This document shows, one piece after another, positions 38,427 through 44,782 of a stretch of DNA of 44,782 nucleotides. Both the position numbers and the translations under genes were made by a program. This stretch comes from Planctomycetota bacterium (GTDB lineage: Bacteria; Planctomycetota; Planctomycetia; Pirellulales; UBA7805). The stretch's first letter is position 1. Each line of letters starts with the position of its first letter. Where the stretch lies: contig JAYZMM010000080.1 of NCBI GenBank assembly GCA_036153155.1, forward strand, positions 1-44,782. Reading direction: 5' to 3'. The notes beneath the pieces were generated by a model. The model made no database searches. It was not told the origin of the DNA and saw only the letters and a program-made list of their open reading frames with translations.

Positions 38427-39887
38427 TCAGTCAGAGTTTTTGGCAAGAATCTTGTCACCTGGATTCAATCCTCGAAGAATTTCCAAACGATCACCGACAG
38501 TCCGCCCCACACGCACGCGCTGCTTCTTATTTTCTTTACCATCGATGAGATAGACATATTGCTCTGCATCATCCCCCCCCTCGGCGACCGCTGCCTTCGG
38601 AACCAGAATGGCACTCGGGTGCTGATAAACTTCGATGACTGCCGAACAACCCATACCGGCGACAATCCGATTTGCCTGTTCGTCCAACTCCACATCGATC
38701 TGTACATCGAATTTCCCTGGGGATACCGGGATCGCGGACACGCTTTTAATACTCCCAGTCAGTTTTTCTCCCGGGATTGCTGCCGGAGAGACGGCGACCG
38801 CGTCACCCGGATGTAGATCCACCAGCTGCTTCTCTTCGGCAGTTGCACGAACAAAAAGATTTTCATTACGGACCACTGTCATCAAGACGGCACCCGGTTG
38901 TACGTTCGCACCTTGAACCAGTGTTTTCCCTTTAGCAGTCGCGTCAGGCCATTGGCCTCGCACCGCCTGGCCATAATAAACCGTGCCGGCGTGCGGGGCA
39001 CGCACGATCATTAATTTGCGATCGTCCTTCATCCGCACCAGTTTCTTCTCCAACTTCTGAAGATCGATCTGCTGCTTCTGGAAGCCGATTTCTTTTTCTT
39101 TGATTGATGCCGGCAAAGCCGCCTCTGCCCTTTCGAGCGTCAGGGCGGCAGACTGCTGAGCCTCTCGAAGATCCGTCGTCTGCCGCGGCAACAAAACATT
39201 CATTGCGTGATCCTGTCCCGAAATCGCTTTTTCCAACCGATACTTGGCAGCTTTCACACCGTGGCGAGCGCGGGTAAGAATGATTTCCTCGGTCTCTTCG
39301 GTCAGGTCATCCGCCTTATACATCTTCTCCAATTGATCCAGCTCTTCTTGCTGATAAAGCAATCCGTGACGGGCACCCTCTACTTGTTGCTCAATATCTT
39401 TGATGGTTTCGGGGCGGTCAATTTCCAAATACCGCTGCATATTTTCGTCAGCCTCGTCCGCCGCCCGTTTTGCCGATTCCAGGTCCCGTGGAACAGACTT
39501 CCGTAATGTTTCCAGGCTTGCCTCGGTCTGGGCCAGGGCCAATTTCGCACTCACGATCTGCAGTTCAAGATCTTCAATTGCGACATCCAGCTTACGTTTA
39601 TCAATGTCCAACAGCACGTCATCTGCGGCCACTTGATCACCATGGGCTGCGGCTTTGGTAAGAGACATTCCGCTCCACGCCTCAGGACGGATCGAAATCT
39701 CACTAGTCTCGACTGCTTCAAAAAAACCTTTGAGCTTGACCTCTACTTTGAGAGGCTCGCTTTTGACCGTAAATGAACCCTCGGGTTTTGTATCTTCTTT
39801 CTTTTTATCCTCGGCATAGACAGAACCCAATAAAAGCAGCGGAATGAGAGTTAAGGCTAGCCGCTTGGTGAAAGAATCTAAAATCAT
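38427..39887 (-). CDS. Periplasmic adaptor / membrane-fusion protein (HlyD family)
   Basis: An N-terminal anchor or signal is followed by a long coiled-coil hairpin (LELQIVSAKLALAQTEASL...), then beta-barrel segments (IVRAPHAGTVYY, GAVLMTVV, VQIDVELD) and the C-terminal LRGLNPGDKI. The start is ATG 39887 or 39899. Confidence 0.8.
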   Translation of the reverse strand: MILDSFTKRLALTLIPLLLLGSVYAEDKKKEDTKPEGSFTVKSEPLKVEVKLKGFFEAVETSEISIRPEAWSGMSLTKAAAHGDQVAADDVLLDIDKRKLDVAIEDLELQIVSAKLALAQTEASLETLRKSVPRDLESAKRAADEADENMQRYLEIDRPETIKDIEQQVEGARHGLLYQQEELDQLEKMYKADDLTEETEEIILTRARHGVKAAKYRLEKAISGQDHAMNVLLPRQTTDLREAQQSAALTLERAEAALPASIKEKEIGFQKQQIDLQKLEKKLVRMKDDRKLMIVRAPHAGTVYYGQAVRGQWPDATAKGKTLVQGANVQPGAVLMTVVRNENLFVRATAEEKQLVDLHPGDAVAVSPAAIPGEKLTGSIKSVSAIPVSPGKFDVQIDVELDEQANRIVAGMGCSAVIEVYQHPSAILVPKAAVAEGGDDAEQYVYLIDGKENKKQRVRVGRTVGDRLEILRGLNPGDKILAKNSD

Positions 39888-40031
39888 TTTTATTTCCAAT
39901 TCGAAGGGAACAACAAGAAATCCGACAGCTCGTAATTGTAAATCCCGAAGAAGTTAATGTGCAGGGTGTCGAACCGCACTTTTTATGGTTCTCAACATAT
40001 TTACCCCACACTCTAGGGAGGGATTTGCTAT

Positions 40032-42263
40032 TCAACTAACAATCCACCGGGCAACGGCAGCAGCTGCACCGGCCTCAGATCCGATAAAGAGTTGGGGCGG
40101 ACGGGCCTCTGCCGCGGCATAACATCGCTCGACAAGTTCTGGCAATCGATTGCCTTCACCCCCCAGCCACATCACGCGAGGCGCGTTCAGCGCGAGCAGG
40201 AAGGGAACATCTCCATAGCGAACTGCTCCGGGCAACATCATCGGGTCGTCAAAACGTGTGACCTGGGTAAACCGAAAACCGGCTGTATATACGGCAACAC
40301 GTCGAATCAATGCAGAATCGTCACCATTCGTACTCGCGGCGGACGCCGCAGCAACAATCGGTCCCGATTCCCGACCGATACCTACCAAATGCACTCCCTG
40401 ACCCTGATCAAAGGCCCTGCAAAGCGAAAGCACATCATGAACACGCTGAATGAATAGGGGATGGTTGTAGCCGAACGTATATCCGAGCGCATAACGAACG
40501 TGCGGAACAACCGGAGCTTTGGTTAACGGCTTGCCTCCTTTGAGAAAATCACCTTGGTACAGAAGATCGGCTGCGACGATGGGGAAGCCACGCTTCAACA
40601 ATGGCGCAACAAATGGCTGTGGCACTCCCTCCGGTGATTCAATTCCTACCCTGCCTGCATCGTTGATCCAGATAATCGGTTGCGGGGCGAATCGCTGCGT
40701 GTGCGTTGGAACGAAACGCGTGGCCGGGATCTCTTCTCCATATTCCGGAGAACTGACCAGCAACGATTCTCGCAAAAAATCTCCTTGATCCATCTTCGAA
40801 AGCGGCAGACGCTCTATCGCTTGTCGTCCCGGTACCGCGCGGCCGATCATCGTGTCCAGTGCGCCTCCGACAATCTCTCGATAGCGGGCAAGAGACTTGC
40901 TGTCGTTCGGTGTGAGTGACTCGATCTGCTCCTGCCGAGCGGTATTAAAAGCAGCAATCGCCTCGACCTCTGCTGCTTCACCGCAAGGAGGCTTCGGGTG
41001 GTCCGGGCCCCAAACCGTCATCTCCGATCGAGTGAGCGGCTCATATTCCTGTTCGACCATTTCTGCATGGCCAAGCTGAAAATGCTTATCGAAAAAGGCA
41101 TACATCATCGCGCGGCTGAGCGCGTTGTAGTTATGCTCGAAGTCGAAGTATTTACCTTCCACCTTTTCGTCCGCGCCGTAGAGCGCATAAAGCTTTTTAA
41201 GTTCGGGCAGCCCCTGACTTTCCAGGTGAACAGTCCAGTCGTTGGCCGCCGAGAGACCCAGTGGACGGGGCGCGGCCAAGGCGGTGATATCAATATTTCC
41301 GGAATCTATCCTCAGATAACACGCATTTTCGCACGGACACCCTCCCTGCATCGAGGTCGATGCCATTACAGCCGGAAAGGCTGCCGCAATGCGATCGTCA
41401 ATGGCGGTGAGCATGAAGGTCTGCGTGCCACCACCTGAGGCCCCCGTCACACCAATCCGTGAGGCGTCGACTTCGGGTAACGAGGTTATCCAGTCCATCG
41501 TCCGGAGGGAATTGAAGGTCTGTAAGCCCAGGGCACTGATCAATCGCAACTCGGCTTGCGGGCTGAACAATCCCCAATGGTCAGCTTGTTCCATCTGAGG
41601 GCGACGTCGGGTGCCATGCGCAATCATCTCAATCGGTGCGCTGTCAGCGTAACCGAGCATATCGTAATGAAAGACCAGACAGCCCATCCGGCACAACGTC
41701 ACGCACCGCGATTGCAACGGATAGCGACCGCTCGGGCGATCCTCTTCTGAGCCCCAAGTCAATTCCTTAGCGAACTGCTCTTCACTGTGTGTGTGAAACC
41801 GCCCTTCTTTCCAATGCCCATGCGGGCAGAGAATCGCTGGAATTTTTCCTTGAATCTTTGCCGGTTTATAGAGACTGCCGGTCACCCAGAGGCCGGGGCT
41901 GCTTTGAAAGTAGACGCGCCAGACAGTATACCCTTCGCGCTCAACTGGTCCCCAAACCGTTGCATTGACCGGCTTCGATTCAGGGGGAGGCCACAGTCCG
42001 GCTGCCAGAAGCACGCGGCGTCGTAATTCTTGCGACCGAATCGCCCACGCTTCAAGCGATTCAGGCGGATTGAAGGGGAAGGAACCGGTTAAATTTTTGA
42101 GCGGCCCCAGGCGACGATCATCCGGGATAGTCGCCGTTTGATCGACCCCGTGCTCATTCTCACCTGCAAGCACCCTATCAAGGGGCACCAATCCCGCCGT
42201 TGTCATCGAACCGGCAAGAAACGTCAGGGCAGTGCGACGGTTGAAATTATCGGGAACTGTCAT
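40032..42263 (-). CDS. Tat-signal exported alpha/beta hydrolase (acetylxylan-esterase/dienelactone-hydrolase-like)
   Basis: NRRTALTFLAGSMTTAG is a Tat-type signal. The nucleophile elbow is GVTGASGGGTQTF. At 743 aa it has a large C-terminal extension. The substrate is unknown. Confidence 0.6.
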   Translation of the reverse strand: MTVPDNFNRRTALTFLAGSMTTAGLVPLDRVLAGENEHGVDQTATIPDDRRLGPLKNLTGSFPFNPPESLEAWAIRSQELRRRVLLAAGLWPPPESKPVNATVWGPVEREGYTVWRVYFQSSPGLWVTGSLYKPAKIQGKIPAILCPHGHWKEGRFHTHSEEQFAKELTWGSEEDRPSGRYPLQSRCVTLCRMGCLVFHYDMLGYADSAPIEMIAHGTRRRPQMEQADHWGLFSPQAELRLISALGLQTFNSLRTMDWITSLPEVDASRIGVTGASGGGTQTFMLTAIDDRIAAAFPAVMASTSMQGGCPCENACYLRIDSGNIDITALAAPRPLGLSAANDWTVHLESQGLPELKKLYALYGADEKVEGKYFDFEHNYNALSRAMMYAFFDKHFQLGHAEMVEQEYEPLTRSEMTVWGPDHPKPPCGEAAEVEAIAAFNTARQEQIESLTPNDSKSLARYREIVGGALDTMIGRAVPGRQAIERLPLSKMDQGDFLRESLLVSSPEYGEEIPATRFVPTHTQRFAPQPIIWINDAGRVGIESPEGVPQPFVAPLLKRGFPIVAADLLYQGDFLKGGKPLTKAPVVPHVRYALGYTFGYNHPLFIQRVHDVLSLCRAFDQGQGVHLVGIGRESGPIVAAASAASTNGDDSALIRRVAVYTAGFRFTQVTRFDDPMMLPGAVRYGDVPFLLALNAPRVMWLGGEGNRLPELVERCYAAAEARPPQLFIGSEAGAAAAVARWIVS

Positions 42264-42274
42264 CGTTGGACCTT

Positions 42275-42294
42275 ATTTCACAAGATTTCACAAG
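42275..42294. repeat. Perfect tandem direct repeat, 2 x 10 nt (ATTTCACAAG)
   Basis: Read directly from the sequence. It lies 12-31 nt upstream of the hydrolase start codon at 42263 on the minus strand. Confidence 0.9.
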
Positions 42295-42333
42295 CCTAGG
42301 AATCGCAAAAATTACTCCGACATAAAGGATCAC

Positions 42334-44782
42334 TCAGTCGTCTACCTGCGATGAGATCGGCTTAGCCTTTTTCGGCATGAATCCGACCGATGTTTCCATC
42401 CATGTTCCACAGCTGCATCCGCCACCCGCTTCAGGCGCCAGAAGCATGCCACCAGCGGGAATCGCACTTAACCAACATCCTGGACGCAACCGAGCCCATT
42501 GGGAAGGAATTTCATAACGGTGATCCCAGAGGGTGATATTTCCGGAGCGGAAGATCACAAAATTGCCTGCACAAGCATACGTTCCACAACCACCGCCGGG
42601 CATCACCTTCGCCAAGGTCCGACCGCTCGCGAGATCAAAAACACGAGGTCGAACAAAGAGATTTCCATTGATCATGGCCGGTCGTGACATGGCCTTCCCG
42701 TGATCGTGGGCACCACCGGGCCAATCGAAACGGTCTTCCCAAGCAAGTTTGCCACTCTCCTGATCGTAGACCGACACATGATATTTACCCGCTCCTGAGG
42801 CGACGATCACTAACTTGCCTCGTTGATTCGCGAGGTAAAAGACCGCTTCACCGTCATCCGTATCCAACGGACGCTCCCACAGCAGCTTACCCGTCTTGGC
42901 ATCGAGCGCCACGAGAAACTGATTTTCCCAAAGCCGGGGATCTTCGATCCGCCGCGTCTGTGACGCCATAAGTTCCGGTTGCCGTGACTCCACAAAATAG
43001 ACTCTCTCCGGAATGGCCGTAATGGTGGGATTGAGAATCAGGCCCTGCTTATATTCCCACATTGCCGCACCACTGTCTTTGGATAGGGCAAACAGAGAAT
43101 CACTGCATACCTTGGCACTCTGCGGACCCTTCGGTTGATCGTACCACGCCGCATGCCCACGGAATTCTTCAAACGGCGCGTTTACCCTTGTCCGGCTGCC
43201 GAGCAGAATTGGGCCAAGGCTTCCCACATAACTCCACTGCGACTCTTCTGAAGACCCTGCCGTCCCAGGTAAAGAAAACTGCTGCCTAAGATGGCCATCC
43301 CGAGCATCCAACTGCCAACATCGATCATCCACTACCGCGTACAGGGAATCTTCGTCCGCACACCAATTACTCGAATCGCGCGGAATGTTAAAACGCCGCA
43401 TCGCAGGAATTTCGGCCGACCAGAGGACCGTTCCGTTATAGGCATCCAGAGCGACGATCCGCTCCAGCCCCTGCGCGAAAAGCCGCCCACCGGTGGAGAG
43501 CGGACCCGGCTTGCGGCCGTTGCGATCGGGTTGATAGCGGGGACCGGGACGTCCGACCCATTGGGTCTCCATTTCGTTGGCAACGGACGTATAGCCCAAA
43601 ACCTCACCACCAAAGGCCGAATTGTCCGCCCGACCGTATTGATGGGACCATTCGCCTGCACCCTTTAAGGCCGGTTTTACAAACCGGGCCCATACCCCGT
43701 CATCGTCAGCGGTAAAGTGAGCCACAACCGCATCGCGGAGAAAGTAGTCTTCTAATTGTTTCACGGCTCCCTCGGCATCGGTCGCCTGGAGTTGGCCAAA
43801 CATGCCAATTCCCTCCAGCGGACGCAAGAGCCGGAACGCTTCCCCTGCTCCCGCTTCCGGCGGTTGTCCATCAAGGGCAGCCTGCGACACGACGAGATTT
43901 GCAAAATGGCTCGGCAGCGGAAGCGCATCGAAGGAATCAACCGGCAGTAGGGCCACACGGTGCCCATAAAGACCCTCATGAAGTAATTCTTCGCGGGTCG
44001 ATGCAATTTTTTTCTGATCTGTCTCAAGGCAAAGCACGGTCCAATCACTGGCTTTAGCAATCGAGCCGGCCAGGGGACCGGCTCCCAGAACAACGCACAG
44101 GCCAGGACCGCTACCGGCCTCATCAATCAGACGCTCTGCCGCCTCTTGATCCTTCCCCGTAGATACATTTTGTGGAGACCAAGTCGAATAATTAAAAAAT
44201 GTATCGCATTCGAAGATCGATCGCCGTTCATTTCCCGTGGAATCATTTTGCACAATGGTATAGGGGTGATTCCGGCGGTGCCCCAGGTCTTCCATCCGTA
44301 CTATGTGCGTTTCCTTTGGCGAATCATCAACAAAGGTTCGTTTGCCGTCTTCAGAAATATACTGAAGTTGGGTGGGCATCGCTTCTGCAGTACCCCACCG
44401 GACGATCGCAGAGGTGGGGCTATCGAATTGCAACAGTGGTCCCCAAGCGAGGGCTGCCGGTGTCGCATCCTCGTCGGCCTGAGCCACCACGTTCTGACGC
44501 ACAGGGTGCGGGGTTTGCTCTCCTTGCGGACGGAAACAGGTGAGCTGTCCTTCATCGGTGCTGACAAACAGGCCGCCCCCGGACACTGCCAAGCCAAACG
44601 CTCTACCGTGTACGCTGGCCTGCCAGAGTAGCGACCCGTCGCGGGCCGAGAGCGCTGCCACGCCATCGACCAAACCGGCGTAAAGCGTGTCGCCCGCCAG
44701 GATGACTGAAACAACCGACAGACCGGTCACGCGAAATTGAATTTTTTTTGTTTCACGATCAAAGGCCGTGATCACCGGGCGA
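42334..44782 (-). CDS. PQQ-like beta-propeller repeat protein with FN3-like and Rossmann (methyltransferase-like) insert; 5' end outside the window
   Basis: The reading frame is open to the window edge. Propeller blades (DGSLLWQ, TGKLLWE, SGKLAWE, GAAMWEY) flank an insert with CVVLGAGPLAG...VLCLETD...FANLVVS. The C-terminal region is Cys-rich (GGGCSCG). Confidence 0.7.
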   Translation of the reverse strand, partial: RPVITAFDRETKKIQFRVTGLSVVSVILAGDTLYAGLVDGVAALSARDGSLLWQASVHGRAFGLAVSGGGLFVSTDEGQLTCFRPQGEQTPHPVRQNVVAQADEDATPAALAWGPLLQFDSPTSAIVRWGTAEAMPTQLQYISEDGKRTFVDDSPKETHIVRMEDLGHRRNHPYTIVQNDSTGNERRSIFECDTFFNYSTWSPQNVSTGKDQEAAERLIDEAGSGPGLCVVLGAGPLAGSIAKASDWTVLCLETDQKKIASTREELLHEGLYGHRVALLPVDSFDALPLPSHFANLVVSQAALDGQPPEAGAGEAFRLLRPLEGIGMFGQLQATDAEGAVKQLEDYFLRDAVVAHFTADDDGVWARFVKPALKGAGEWSHQYGRADNSAFGGEVLGYTSVANEMETQWVGRPGPRYQPDRNGRKPGPLSTGGRLFAQGLERIVALDAYNGTVLWSAEIPAMRRFNIPRDSSNWCADEDSLYAVVDDRCWQLDARDGHLRQQFSLPGTAGSSEESQWSYVGSLGPILLGSRTRVNAPFEEFRGHAAWYDQPKGPQSAKVCSDSLFALSKDSGAAMWEYKQGLILNPTITAIPERVYFVESRQPELMASQTRRIEDPRLWENQFLVALDAKTGKLLWERPLDTDDGEAVFYLANQRGKLVIVASGAGKYHVSVYDQESGKLAWEDRFDWPGGAHDHGKAMSRPAMINGNLFVRPRVFDLASGRTLAKVMPGGGCGTYACAGNFVIFRSGNITLWDHRYEIPSQWARLRPGCWLSAIPAGGMLLAPEAGGGCSCGTWMETSVGFMPKKAKPISSQVDD

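Overview
A 44.8-kb chromosomal segment at roughly 50-55% GC, densely coding on both strands. I call 29 protein genes and two tRNA-Leu genes. I found no CRISPR array, transposase or integrase. The gene content resembles a Planctomycetota/PVC-type genome: Tat-signal exported hydrolases, PQQ-like beta-propellers, HEAT-repeat and prenyltransferase-fold exported proteins. That taxonomic placement is inference only.

Housekeeping content:
- A pyruvate dehydrogenase cluster in the order lpd-aceE-aceF.
- ScpB, a DAHP synthase, cardiolipin synthase and CsrA.
- A GH13_18 phosphorylase followed by a glycerate kinase.
- An MBOAT plus SGNH O-acyltransferase pair.

The standout feature is a single 2332-codon ORF (415..7413). 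It encodes two complete, diverged UvrA units in tandem, giving four ABC ATPase sites in one chain. A ~345-aa C-terminal extension follows, and it is itself an internal tandem duplication with no family I can recognise.

Other points worth a second look:
- A 29-codon, extremely basic micro-ORF below the ORF-track cutoff, resembling ribosomal protein bS22, upstream of scpB.
- An ~80-aa polyacidic tail on ScpB.
- An aceF whose lipoyl domain starts upstream of any canonical start codon.
- Two perfect CAAGGATG CsrA-type sites in the csrA leader.
- A low-GC MBOAT/SGNH pair abutting the 3' end of a tRNA-Leu.
- A membrane-fusion protein tightly coupled to a Tat-exported prenyltransferase-fold protein with no pump gene nearby.

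All start sites are judged by eye from motif position and SD-like sequences. Product calls rest on recognisable motifs, not database searches.
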